Shown here one piece after another: positions 40,563 to 53,825 of a stretch of 64,000 bases of DNA (position 1 is its first letter; each line of letters begins with the position of its first letter). The notes under the pieces were generated by a model that ran no database searches, had not been told where the DNA came from, and saw only the letters and a program-made list of their open reading frames with translations. The DNA comes from Chrysomallon squamiferum (taxonomy: Eukaryota; Animalia; Mollusca). A program made the translations under genes and the position numbers. The stretch lies in contig CM022675.1 of the NCBI GenBank assembly GCA_012295275.1, positions 4,278,001-4,342,000 on the forward strand, written 5' to 3'.

Positions 40563-43500
40563 AAGAATATAAATTAATTACAAGTGTGTCTCCTAAACTA
40601 ACAAAATACCTAAACTAAACATATTCATTTAAATCTCTTTTTATTATTATTTTAAATTGTTTTTATTATTTTTAAATGTTGCCTGATACAACAACAACAA
40701 TATCATTAATAAGAAAGAAAAAGAAAAAAGTTAGTCTTTCCTGTTCACTTGAAATAATAATATATTTTGATGGAATTTGGTTTATTTTTATTTATTTATT
40801 TATATTTATTTATTCATTTATTTATTTATTTTTATTAATTTTTTCAGCCAAAATTATTGAATTTATTGTTTCGTTAATATAGTAAAAAAATTCAGACTAG
40901 AAACAATTTTTTTAATTCTTTTTTTCCCTTTCCTTTTTTTTCTTTTTTCTTTTGTAACCTTTTCACTTTCATGATAAAATACCTATATTATTATCCATCT
41001 AAGTGACATATAAGTATTTATATTATATATGTGGTTGACATGTAAACCTGTTTTGGTTGACTTGTAAGCATATTATGGTTGTAGGTACATAACATAAATC
41101 AAAAATATTAATTTTAATGTTTGTAAATTGAAAGATGATTTTTGTTGTTTATTAATAACATTTTTATATCAAAGCTTAAACGTGATGGTTTAATTTTTAA
41201 AGATATAATTTTGTGTGCATCTTTTTGTAGAGCCATTCCATACAGCATATTTTATTTCATACTGCAAGATATTCACCTTATTAAATGGCTACAAAACAAA
41301 CCCTCAGTTTAATTGGCTAGCTGTAGAAAATATCAACCAATCATAAATCTTGTTACAAATTAAAAACTTATTTCAAATCCAATATTAAGTCTGATTTGAT
41401 GGGTCAGTGATGATGTAATGTAAGTCACATTATCACTGTTTAAAGTTGTGTTTTATTTACAGTTTACAGTGATTTAGGAACAGTTTTATTTAAGTACAGT
41501 TAAATGTTTGAAGTGCTGTATACTTACATGGAATGGATAATTTACTTTAAAAAGATGATATATGTACATTCTTAAAACAAATAAAACTTTTGTAAATATG
41601 TATTTTACATGATTTTTGCATTTCTTTTGTATTTCATAAATGTATGTAAACAAAATTTGTTGATGTTTTTATCCTTTTACATCAATTTTACATTTCATGT
41701 TTGATCTTTTACAACTTTACATGTTACTGTAATGTTATCAGATGAATGTTCATAGTAAATAAATAAATAAATAACTGAATAAATAAATACCTGAATGAAT
41801 AAATAAATGAATAACTGAATAAATAAATAAATAACTCAATGAATAAATAATTAAATAAATAAGTAAAAAAGCAAGCTAGCAAATGAGACAAAACTAAATC
41901 ATTATGTTTTATTAAATAGCTGAAATAAACATGAATGAATATAAGCTTTTTAAAATCATAGATTTTTGTTTAAGACAAAAAGAAACACCCAGATACAGTA
42001 CAATCTATATATTCTTTTTTTTCTTTTCATTACCTGTAAATTATCTTATTATACACACCCTGAATTACAATGTTTTTAAAATTAATGTTTTACATCCACC
42101 TGTTTGAATTTGCACTGTTGAAAATCATTACAAACATGGAATATTCAAATTTAATAAATTTATGTCCGATTTATAAAATAATTTTATCATTTTCATTTTG
42201 AAAATTGAACTGATGATTTTGGCTTCTTTTTTTTGTTTTGTACTTAGGCAGACTGCCTGTGACAAACAGAAATTAAATTTAATTTAAGCTTTTGCTTTCT
42301 GTGTGCACATCATTATTATGATATATTTGTTTTAGAAATCTTTGTATTTACATTACTTTGTATTTACATTTTTATTATTGTTAAATATTTCTTCTGGTCT
42401 TGTCTCGTTTAAGTTTTTATAATTATTTTCAAATATAATCAGCATAATGTTTGTTTACAATATTTATTATTGTAAATATAAAACTAACTCGGATACCAAT
42501 TAATATGTACCAGTATTGGTACTATTCAGATAGCATATTAAGCTTTTTTTGTAAAGTTCTAAATCGGTATTTTAATTCGCTGTTAATGAAATTGTGTTAA
42601 AAAGTAGCATAAAAACATTTTATGTGCTTGAAAATCATTGTTTTGTTTGTTCTTGAAGTATAATCATGTTAATCCTGATAATAAGCAATTAATTTTGTAT
42701 ATTTCAAATTATTTCATTTATTTATTTTTACATTAATGTTAAATAAATAATATCATCAAGTTTACGATGAGGATTTGGTTATAAATTGATATTAATAAAG
42801 CTTAATCTTTGTTGATAATAAAGTAAACACCACTAAACCAAGATCTGCAATCCTGTCTCTATCATGTTTTCATAGCCTCATTGTTTTAAACACTTACAAA
42901 AACAAAATTAAATATTAAAATAATAATAATAATAATAAACAGGTCAAAATCTGTTATTTAACACCAAAGAGAAGTAAAAGTAAGTTTAAAACATGGTAAA
43001 TGCTGTTTTGTACCATTTACATTTTATACCATACATTTTGTTTTTTAATCAAATACATCAAAGCATGGACAGTTTGTGAGGTTTTTTTTCACTGAAATCA
43101 AAAGAAAAGTAAATACAGGAATTAAAACAGAATTTTCAAAATCATAATATTTTAAACATCTAAAGATTTACAAATTTTTGCTATCTCAATATTTACCATT
43201 TCAGACTATTTAACTACTGAATTTATTTAGATATATTTTGTATACTTTATATGAATCGTTTTAAACTATTATCTACTTTTTATTCATGTTTTACAATGTG
43301 ACTGGAATTAATATGAAACTTCAAATATTCCATTATGTAATTTTCACCTGACAGCTGTTTTTAACGATTTTGCACCTGAGAAAATACATTTTATATAACA
43401 ACTTTCATTAAGTATTTGTTTTTAGATGTTTTACTTCTGTAATGTTTTATCAGTCAAGATGGGTGGATACCCCCCACCCCATCTCCTTTTCAGTGAACTC

Positions 43501-43705
43501 TGATGTTTGTATCTTTAGTTTTATTTTATTTTATTTTAATTTTTTGAATTTATTTTGAAAAATGATTTTACTGAATTAATATTTTGAAACTCACTACACA
43601 GATTATACATATAATATAATCAGTTATTTTATTTTATTTTTTTAAGATTTATTTATTTATTTCATTATAACTTTTTTTTTTTTTTTTTTTTTTTTTTGCT
43701 TTCTG

Positions 43706-43711
43706 AATAAA
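43706..43711 (+). other. Candidate poly(A) signal of the main tau-like gene (~5-kb 3'UTR)
   Basis: AATAAA with a U-rich upstream run and a GT/T-rich downstream element, near the switch in T/A strand skew. Confidence 0.35.
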
Positions 43712-44473
43712 GAGATGACTGTTTCAGTTCCTCGTTTTCCTTGTTTAATAAATTAATTAATTCTACACACAGAAAATTTATATACATGGTTATTTCTGAT
43801 ATTGTTCATTTAAGACAAAATGTACCAGAGCTGGAAATGGTAGATTATGTCTATCCATAAACTTGGTTAAAAGATAAACTTACCTTCTAGCTGAAGAGTG
43901 AAATTACTTGGTTATGTCCCTTTACAGTTTTAACAAGAAAGCAAAACAATGCACCTTCAAGTTGAAAAGTGAAATTTTGGCTTATATCCGTTAAAGTAAC
44001 TTCCAAGCTAAAGAGTGAATTAGTTGATTATTTCCCCTGAACAATATTAAGCAAGAAACCTTTATGTACATAACTGAGTAGTAAATAATCTGAAAAGTAG
44101 AATTAATTAACAGATGACAAGAATCATTTGTATCTGAGACACTGGACATTGGAAATAAAACTTTACATGAAATTGAAAAACAAGTCTTGTTATTATTTCT
44201 GTGAAATTTAAAAATAAATAAAACAGTAAGAGTAAGAAAAGAAAAAATTAATATTTGTTATAAATTATTATTATTAGCAGTATTATTATTACTGTTTATA
44301 TATACAAACACACACATATACATATGGATATAAAACAAAGGATTCTGGGTATTTGTGTTGTTTCTGAAATGTCTGTAGTTCATTTTATATTGTTTGGATT
44401 TGTTAGGTTAGCCAGGTATTACTATTTTATACTTGTTTGTATTTGTTAGTTTTTAATAGGTTTATTGTTTATT

Positions 44474-44519
<46 letters not shown>

Positions 44520-44584
44520 TTTTCTAACTGAAACAGGCTATTATTAAATTATATAAAAACAAACAACATGTTGACAAAATAAAT

Positions 44585-44590
44585 TTTATT
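44585..44590 (-). other. Candidate poly(A) signal of mini-tau
   Basis: tttatt on + (AATAAA on -), followed on - by tgttgtttgtttt. Confidence 0.3.
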
Positions 44591-45847
44591 GTCATAACAA
44601 CTCTTACATTATAAATAAATTCATAAAAAATAATAAATTAAAAAGGTAAACTAAGTATATCTACATCTGTAACAAGAAAGTGCAATTAAATATAACTTAT
44701 ACAAAGCATGTTGCAGATACACAAACACACAGACACATGGACAACAACAAAATATATAAATATAAAATGTATTGATTATTAAATAAATGGAAACCAGATT
44801 TTATGAGAATAAAAAGTGTTACATACAAAATCTAAACATTTCTAAAATAGAAAAATAAATTTATGTCTAAATATGACAAACAAAATAATTCTTTCACTTA
44901 GGTTTTCAAAAGAAATAATTTCTAAACATTGTAAATTGTTTTTATTACATAAAAAATAAATGTCAGGAAAACATACATGCAAACATACGTACATATATAA
45001 TAATTATAATAATAATAACAAAATTATCTAATGTTTGAAGAATAAAAACATTAAAAAAAAGACTTTTCTACACAAAAATAAAAAGTTAAAACAGCCCATG
45101 AGTTTACGTATAATATTTTGTGTAGAATTAAACAAATTTACATATATTTCACAAATCACAATAACACCATGATATTTTTATTTTGTAGTACATATTACTT
45201 AGAAGAGTGATAAATATGTTTGTAACTTTTGTTTTTTTATTATCAGCAGGGAAAAATTTATTTAAAAACCAACATTTACGAGAATATAAACATTTCTGGT
45301 ACATGTATGTAAATATTTCTTATATGATCTGCAATTAATTAATTTAAAAAAAACAAAGTCTAATTTTTAACAATATTTATAAAATGCACTATTCTGTCAT
45401 ATTGTAAAGATCTGTAATACATTTTGTAAAAGCTTACACTGCCAAACAATAAGTAGATTCTATTGTTATTAAATAATAAATAGCATTTAATAAACAATTC
45501 ATATTTAAAAACTACACAATATAACAGTATCACTGCCACTATACTACACAACATGTTGTAACAAATAACACTACATTCCATATAACATGCTGGTTTATAT
45601 AAAATAATGTTACACTGGTTTTGTACATAAAGTTACATGTAACGTTTGTAAGGATATGAAATAACCAGTTTTCTTACAATTCTATGTATAATGCATCTGA
45701 ATAAATAAGCGTAATATGACAATGCTGTATACACATGTTTGTAAACTAGTTAAAGCAATATGGAATATCTGTAATAACTTAAACCAAAATGCCTTGTCAC
45801 CATGTTCTGTTCCTGTTATACCTGTACACAAAAACAAAACAAATAAC

Positions 45848-45879
<32 letters not shown>

Positions 45880-46451
45880 GTATAATATTAAAAAAGGAAA
45901 AGAAAAACAAGAAGAAGATATTTATGTTGGTCTTAACATAAATATATCTTTTTTCAAGTGATTTGATTTTTTTAAATTTATACTATCCTATTTGTACGTT
46001 TTCAAATATCAGTTATTAAACCCATGTAAAAACTGCAGGGCAGCACTTTCCACAATTTTAATGCATAAACCTGTAAAATATGCTGTTATTTACACAGTTC
46101 AGAAATACTGACATACTAGATAATAAAATCATTTTATTTTTAACACTGACTCTGTGTTAATATTATATTATTAACCTTTTTAATTTATTACATGTATGTA
46201 TCACATCATATCATGTCACATCATATATGAAATCATATCATATATTATATCACATCATATATATTTGATTCTATTGCATAAAATAATGTTTATATTGTAT
46301 CCATTTTATTTCATTATTATTATTATTATTTTTTTTTTTATTATTATTTAATTAATTATAATTTCCATTACTTTTAAAATTTATTTTATTTCTTTACAAA
46401 TATATTTAAACTAAAATAATAATGTGGCAGACTGAGCCATATAAAACTTAC

Positions 46452-46492
46452 CTGTAAACTGATTACCAGTCATCAAGTTTGTGACTCTCAAT
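46452..46492 (-). CDS. Mini-tau last coding exon IESHKLDDW*, followed by a probable 3'UTR intron
   Basis: attcag acceptor; IESHKL resembles tau IETHKL; TAA, then CAG|gtaagt 11 nt later; candidate next acceptor ttttacag at 46071-46078. Confidence 0.8.
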
Positions 46493-49163
46493 CTGAATAA
46501 CAATAACAATAACAATAACAACAACAATAACAACAATAATAGGAATAATTGTAACGATAATTTTTTTAATATTAATAATAACAAAAATATTTAAAAAAAA
46601 TTAAAAAGAAAACAATAATGATGGTAATAATGAAAATAATAATAATAATTTAATAATAATGATAATGATGATAATAATACTGATGATGATGGTGGTGATG
46701 ATATTAATAATAATAATAATGATAATGATGATGATGATAATAATAATAATGATATTAATAATAATTGCAATAAATAAATAATAACAATGGCAACTATGAT
46801 GACACAGCAACAAAGAGAAATGATTCACACAAACATTTCAGTATAACGTACATTTCAGTATCACACAAACATTTCAGTGTAACACAAACATTTCAGTACA
46901 ACACAAACATTTCATTGTAGCACAAACATTTCAGTATAACATACATTTCAGTATAACACAAACATTTCAGTGTAACACAAACATTTCGGTATAACACAAA
47001 CATTTCAGTATAACACAAACATTTCAGTATAACACAAACATTTCAGTGTAACACAAACATTTCAGCGTAACAAACATTTCAGTACAACACAAACATTTCA
47101 GTATAACACAAACATTTCAGTACAACACAAACATTTCAGTATAACATATACATTTCAGAACAACACATACATTTTAGTATGACACAAACATTTCAGTATT
47201 ACACAAACATTTCAGTTTAGCACCTACATTTCAGTATAACACCTACATTTCAGTATGACACAAACATTTCAGTATGACACAAACATTTCAGTATAACACA
47301 TACATTTCAGTATGACACAAACATTTCAGTACAACACAAACATTTCAGTATAACACAAACATTTCAGTATCACACAAACATTTCAGTATCACACAAACAT
47401 TTTAGTATAACACATACACATACATTTCAGTGTAACACAAACATTTCAGTGTAACACATACATTTCAGTATAACACATACATTTCAGTGTAACACATACA
47501 TTTCAGTGTAACACATACATTTCAGTGTAACACATATGTTTCAGTATAACACAAACATTTCAGTATAACAAACATTTCAGTATAACACAAACATTTCAGT
47601 GTAATACAAACATTTCAGTACAACACAAACATTTCAGTACAACACAAACATTTCAGTACAACAGAAACATTTCAGTGTAACACAAACATTTCAGTCTGAC
47701 ACAAACATTTCAGTGTAACACATACATTTCAGTATGACACAAACATTTCAGTATGACACAAACATTTCAGTATATCACATACATTTCAGTATGACACATA
47801 CATTTCAGTGTAACACATACATTTCAGTATGACACAAACATTTCAGTATGACACAAACATTTCAGTATAACACATACATTTCAGTATGACACACATTTCA
47901 GTATGACACATACATTTCAGTATGACACCTACATTTCAGTATAACACCTACATTTCAGTATGACACAAACATTTCAGTATGACACATACATTTCAGTATG
48001 ACACAAACATTTCAGTATAACACAAACATTTCAGTATAACACATACATTTCAGTATGACACACACATTTCAGTATGACACACACATTTCAGTACGACACA
48101 AACATTTCAGTATGACACATACATTTCAGTATGACACCTACATTTCAGTATGACACCTACATTTCAGTATGACACATACCTTGGTCTGACCACCACCAGC
48201 TACGTGGGCTGCATTGTCCAGAGATCCAACTTTAGACTTTGCATCAACTTTCACTTTCTCATCAAACACCTGAAATGGTTAACTCACATCTTCAACAACA
48301 TAATTATTCCAAATTATATCACTGCACATTAATACATTCAAAACTTTGAATTCCACAAGATACTTTTACTGCAGAGAGTGAAATTAATATAAAATAATTA
48401 TTTTAAATAGATTTAAATTAAACCTATCGCTGTTGGGAAATTTAGATAAATGTTAAAGTTTTAAACTATAAATAAATAAATAAATAAATTAATTAATTAA
48501 TAATCACCTTTTCCTGACCACCACCAGCTACATGGGCTGCATTGTCCAGAGATCCAACTTTAGACTTTGCATCAACTTTCACTTTCTCATCAAACACCTA
48601 ATAAATAATTTAAAAATAAAAAAGTTAATTAAATAATGATAAAAACAACAACAATAATAATGACAAACAAGAACAAAAACAATAATAATAATATTTTCAT
48701 TTTAAATATTTCAGAAAATAAATAACAAAATTAATAAATTAAAAACTACAAAAGTATTACTAAAATAAAATAAAATAAAATAAAATAAAATAAAATAATG
48801 ACTTTTTCTTGTCCACCACCAGCTACATGGGCTGCATTGTCCAGAGATCCAACTTTAGACTTTGCATCAACTTTCACTTTCTCATCAAACACCTAATTAA
48901 TAATGAAAAAGACAAATAAATAAATAAACTAACAATTTTTTTTAAAGAATTTAAAACATAATAATAAAAATTAAAATATAATAAGCAAAAAAAAACCAAA
49001 CAAAACCCAACAACAACAAATAAATTAATAAATAAATATAAAATAATAATTATATGTTTTTATAATTTGTAATTTATTATAAATGACATCATAATCTGTA
49101 ATATTATATTATCATAATATTATTATTTTTTAAATTATTCAAGGCACAAAAAACCCTAATAAT

Positions 49164-49198
<35 letters not shown>

Positions 49199-49546
49199 AT
49201 AATAATAATATTACTAATGATAATAGCAATTATTTTAAATAAGTTAAATAAAATAAAATAAAATAAAATAAAATAATGACTTTATCTTGTCCACCACCAG
49301 CTACATGAGCTGCATTGTCCAGAGATCCAACTTTAGACTTTGCATCAACTTTCACTTTCTCATCAAACACCTGAAATGTTTAACTCACATCTTCAACAAC
49401 ATAATTATTCCAAATTATATCACTGCACATTAATACATTCAAAACTTTGAATTCCACAAGATACTTTTACTGCAGAGAGTGAAATTAATATAAAATAATT
49501 ATTTTAAAAATATTTAAATTAAACCTGATGTTAAAGTTTTAAACTA

Positions 49547-49589
<43 letters not shown>

Positions 49590-51514
49590 ATTAATTAATT
49601 AATTAATTAATTAATTAATTAATAAATTAATAAATAAATAAATAATTAATAACCTTTTCCTGACCACCACCAGCTACATGGGCTGCATTGTCCATAGATC
49701 CAACTTTAGACTTTGCATCAACTTTCACTTTCTCATCAAACACCTAATTAATAATAAATATATAAATAAATAAATAAATAAATAAAAGATAGATAAAAAA
49801 AATAAACAAATAAATAAATAAAATAATATTAAATAAAATAAAATTAAATTAAATTTTAAAAGAAAATAACAGTAATAAGTAAAATATAAGATAAACAAAT
49901 ATGAATAAACAACCAAAAAACAATAAATAAATATTTTTATAATTTATTATAATTTATTAGTTCCAGTAAATCTACATCATAATAAAAATAAATTTTACAA
50001 ATTATCCATAAAATAATGTTTTTTTTTTTTTTTATCCACATCATCAAAATTATCAGCATACAGAACCAAACAAAAATAAAATAAAGAAAAATAAAATAAA
50101 ATAAAATAAAACAATACAAAATAAAATAAAATAAAATAAAATAAAATAAAATAAAACAATACAAAATAAAATAAAATAAAATAAAATAAAATAAAATAAA
50201 ACAATACAAAATAAAATAAAATAAAATAAAATAAAATAATGACTTTCTCTTTTCCACCAGCAGCTACATGTGCTGCATTGTCCAGAGATCCAACTTTAGA
50301 CTTTGCTTCAACTTTCACTTTCTCATCAAACACCTAATTAAATGATAAATATAAAAGTGTTATAAAATCAGTCTTCTCCTTCTCCCCACTCAAATAATAA
50401 TAATAATAAAAAAAAGGCAATTATTTTAACTGAATTTGATTACAAATAAAAATGTATGAATAATGTTTAACTGCAAATTGAAAAATGAAGCTAAAGCCAA
50501 AAAAGAAAAAGAAAAAGAAATTGTTATATGAATTTGAAAATGTGGAATTAAATTGTATATTTTTTTCAAAGGTTGTAGTTATTATTTTTAAATTGTATAT
50601 TTTGTTCAAAGGTTGTAGTTATTATTATTAAATTGTATATTTTTTTCAAAGGTTGTAGTTATTGTTATTAAATTGTATATTTTTTTCAAAGGTTGTAGTT
50701 ATTGTTATTAAATTGTATATTTTTTTCAAAGGTTGTAGTTATTATTATTAAACTGTATATTTTTTTCAAAGGTTGTAGTTATTGTTATTAAATTGTGTTA
50801 TAAGGCAAACATCATCAGTCCTCATTATTAGTTTATTTATTCTAAATATACATTATCACAAATACTGAAAGAAAAAATAACAATAATAATAATAATAAAG
50901 AAGGACAGAAAGACAGACAGACATATACAGATTGAAACAGACAAGCAGACAGCCTGGAGATAGACAGAGAGACAGACAGACAGATCAGACACAGACACAT
51001 ACAGACAGACACACAGACACACACACACATATATATATATACAGAAAAAGACAGACAGCCACATGGACAGAGACTTAAAGAAATACAGACAGAAACTGAC
51101 AAATATACACAGAACTCCAGACAGATCAGAAAGAGACACAGACAGACAGACAGACATAGAAACATACAGCCAGACAGACATAGATACAGAGACTTACTGA
51201 CAGACAGATAAACAGGCAGGCAGACAGAGAGCCAGAGAGACAAACCAGAGAGACAGAGACAGAGAGAGACATATATTTAGAGAGAGAGAGAGAAAGATAG
51301 AGAAAGACATGTTATTATTTAATTGGTTTTCTATAACAAACAGAAGAAGACGCACTAACAGACAGTTGGACACCCACTCATTAAAAAACTACCTTGGTTT
51401 TTCCTCCACCTGCAACATGTTTTGCATTGTCCAGTGATCCAATCTTTGACTCAATCTAAACACAACAAAACAGTTTTAGCAAAGTATGCACACATCAGTC
51501 TCTTACAGCTCCTC

Positions 51515-51555
<41 letters not shown>

Positions 51556-51816
51556 ATGTGACAGCTGAGAAGTACACGAAATGCATACATATATGTACAA
51601 AACAATCATATATACATACACACACATGTACAAAGATACATATGTAAATACATACACACTTGTATATATATACAGACACATACATAAATATATACATATA
51701 TTCATATATACACATTTACACAGACACACTCACACACACACACACACATATGCAAACACATAGACATGTGTAGGGTACAAAATAAATTTAGGTTATATTA
51801 CCTTCTTCTTTGACAT
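46463..51816 (-). CDS. Minimal tau-like protein (~215 aa, 7 repeats); complement(join(46463-46492,48180-48269,48508-48597,48803-48892,49281-49370,49654-49743,50244-50333,51393-51455,51802-51816))
   Basis: MSKKK | [21 protein letters not shown] | 6 x VFDEKVKV[D/E]AKSKVGS[L/M]DNAAHVA[G/A]GG[Q/K][E/D/T]K | IESHKLDDW*. All junctions are AG/GT and phase 0, with an in-frame TAA just upstream of the ATG. Confidence 0.85.
46826..48179. repeat. 19-bp satellite, ~70 copies; its first minus-strand unit starts at the donor of exon 48180-48269
   Basis: acacaaacatttcagtat[a/g] repeated. Confidence 0.95.
48180..50333 (-). CDS. Array of six near-identical 90-nt tau-repeat exons (50244-50333, 49654-49743, 49281-49370, 48803-48892, 48508-48597, 48180-48269)
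   Basis: Each begins ag|GTGTTTGATGAGAAAGTG. Donors in transcript order are gtcatt, gttatt, gtcatt, gtcatt, gtgatt, gtatgt. Confidence 0.9.
50551..50797. repeat. 40-bp tandem repeat, ~6 copies
   Basis: aattgtatatttttttcaaaggttgtagttattgttatta repeated. Confidence 0.9.
51393..51455 (-). CDS. Mini-tau repeat exon [21 protein letters not shown]
   Basis: tgtttag acceptor, AAG|gtagtt donor, 63 nt. Confidence 0.9.
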
Positions 51817-51842
51817 TATTTCAGTTTAATGTATGGATTCAC
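51802..51842 (-). CDS. Mini-tau start exon (5'UTR + ATG TCA AAG AAG AAG)
   Basis: tttctag acceptor, AAG|gtaata donor, ATA-ATG context; phase 0 joins 51455. Confidence 0.7.
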
Positions 51843-51981
51843 CTAGAAATTAATTAACAATATATTTATATTAAGAAAAATACAATGATAATGAATTTCA
51901 TTGCTTTATTAATTTTGTATTATAATTATGATAACAGTAACAAAACAAAAAAAGCAAAACCAATCAATAAATCAATCAATC

Positions 51982-52026
<45 letters not shown>

Positions 52027-52037
52027 TATTATTATTA

Positions 52038-52068
<31 letters not shown>

Positions 52069-52415
52069 TTTATTTACTTATTAACACCTTTTTCTTCTTT
52101 TCTTTTTTTCGATCATCTAATAAATATCTCACTTCGATTTTTCAAGCTAACAAAATCAATCAGATATAACAGAGGACTAAATACGTTATGTCATTACTTT
52201 TCAGATAACAAAGTTTTTGTTATTTAAATGCACAAAACAGCAATGATTTTATGTGACCAAGAATTTGATATAAGGCATTTCGTAGGAAAAATATCTACCT
52301 AACCTGCATCTGTACTTTTTCGGACTAACCTTTTTATTTTCGTGGACAAAATGGGAGTGAAAAGACCAAAAACACTTACTGACGTTTATTTTACAACGTA
52401 ACCAGTGTCTTCCAG

Positions 52416-52469
52416 TGACGTCAGTAGACTGGTTCTCAGCGAAAAGTAAAACATAATAATTATATACAT

Positions 52470-52533
<64 letters not shown>

Positions 52534-52827
52534 ATACACACACAATGCATACACAGGAAAATGAAATGAGCTATTTTTAAGATAAATAATTAAATAAATA
52601 AAATGTAAAATAATAGCTGTTGTCGGCCCTGATCCCAATCAAATTTGAAACCAAATCGCCATTTCTTTCATTTGTTTTTATAAAATGTGTTACAGGAAAT
52701 ATGCAAAATCTTCAAATTTTCAGAACATATTTCTAATGTTTGATTCAGTCAGGAAAAAAGATAATGCCATCTCCGCAGATAGATCATCCTCTTATTGCAA
52801 TGGATGATAAAATTTAAAGATGGCGGC
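52416..52827. promoter_or_regulatory. Promoter-like region between divergent genes: CRE TGACGTCA (52416-52423) and YY1-type AAGATGGCGGC (52817-52827)
   Basis: Exact motifs in CpG-containing sequence between the mini-tau and lectin-receptor starts. Confidence 0.4.
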
Positions 52828-53074
52828 TAGATGACGACAGTCTGGTGCGAGCTCCTGAACACAATCATCATGATTGATATTAAAAATATAAAATAAGAGA
52901 AATCTAGCGATAAACTGTGTTTATTACCAAACATATTTTTTATCCTTTATATTTTTATTTTTTTAAAGTTATATTTTCTTAAAGTATGTAAATGCATTTT
53001 GATAAATGAACCACCAATTGCAAAATTAGTTCTCAGAACAAAGAATAATAATAAAATTAACAATAACTGTAACA

Positions 53075-53107
<33 letters not shown>

Positions 53108-53125
53108 GAGAGAGAGAGAGAGAGA

Positions 53126-53209
<84 letters not shown>

Positions 53210-53825
53210 CACTAAGACTGATATGTTGCGTGAAAAAGGTCAAAGGTTGTATTTTGAAATAAGACACTATGTCATTATATCCAAATCTTCACATAATTTA
53301 TCAGCTTTGAGACATCCTCAAGTCTCAAAATAAAGTGACCATAAGTGTGCCTGTGAAATTAAACTGTGTACGTATTTATATTTTGGTGTGTTTGTATGAG
53401 GGTATCTTTAGAAGTATGTATGTATGCCTGTATGTATTATGTAAGTATGCATGTGTACATGTATATATTTATGTATTTATGTACAAAGACAGACTCATAT
53501 AAATACATACAAATAAAGTAAGCTATTATTTAAATAAATTCAAGCTACTTACATTAGTAAAATGGATGTATCACTTATAATTATACCAACACAAAATTAC
53601 AAACAGTGTATTCTGTAATACACGTATCCATTCATTGATAAACTTGTGTTGTAAGGTTGCTAGGTGTGTAGGCTGAACGTTTCAGTGACGAATGTCATCT
53701 CGTGACCTGTTTTCCTCTTTCTATTAATATCTACTTCCTGGTTGCTTTAAACAAACCTGTTTTTACATCGTCTTGTGTAAGAAGTTTCGTATATAAAAAT
53801 AAAGAGAAGAAAACAAAAAGAAATA

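Noticed and set aside
2399-51842. Four predicted exons of exactly 41 nt (2399, 6234, 46452, 51802)
   Set aside because: No sequence similarity among them; treated as coincidence.
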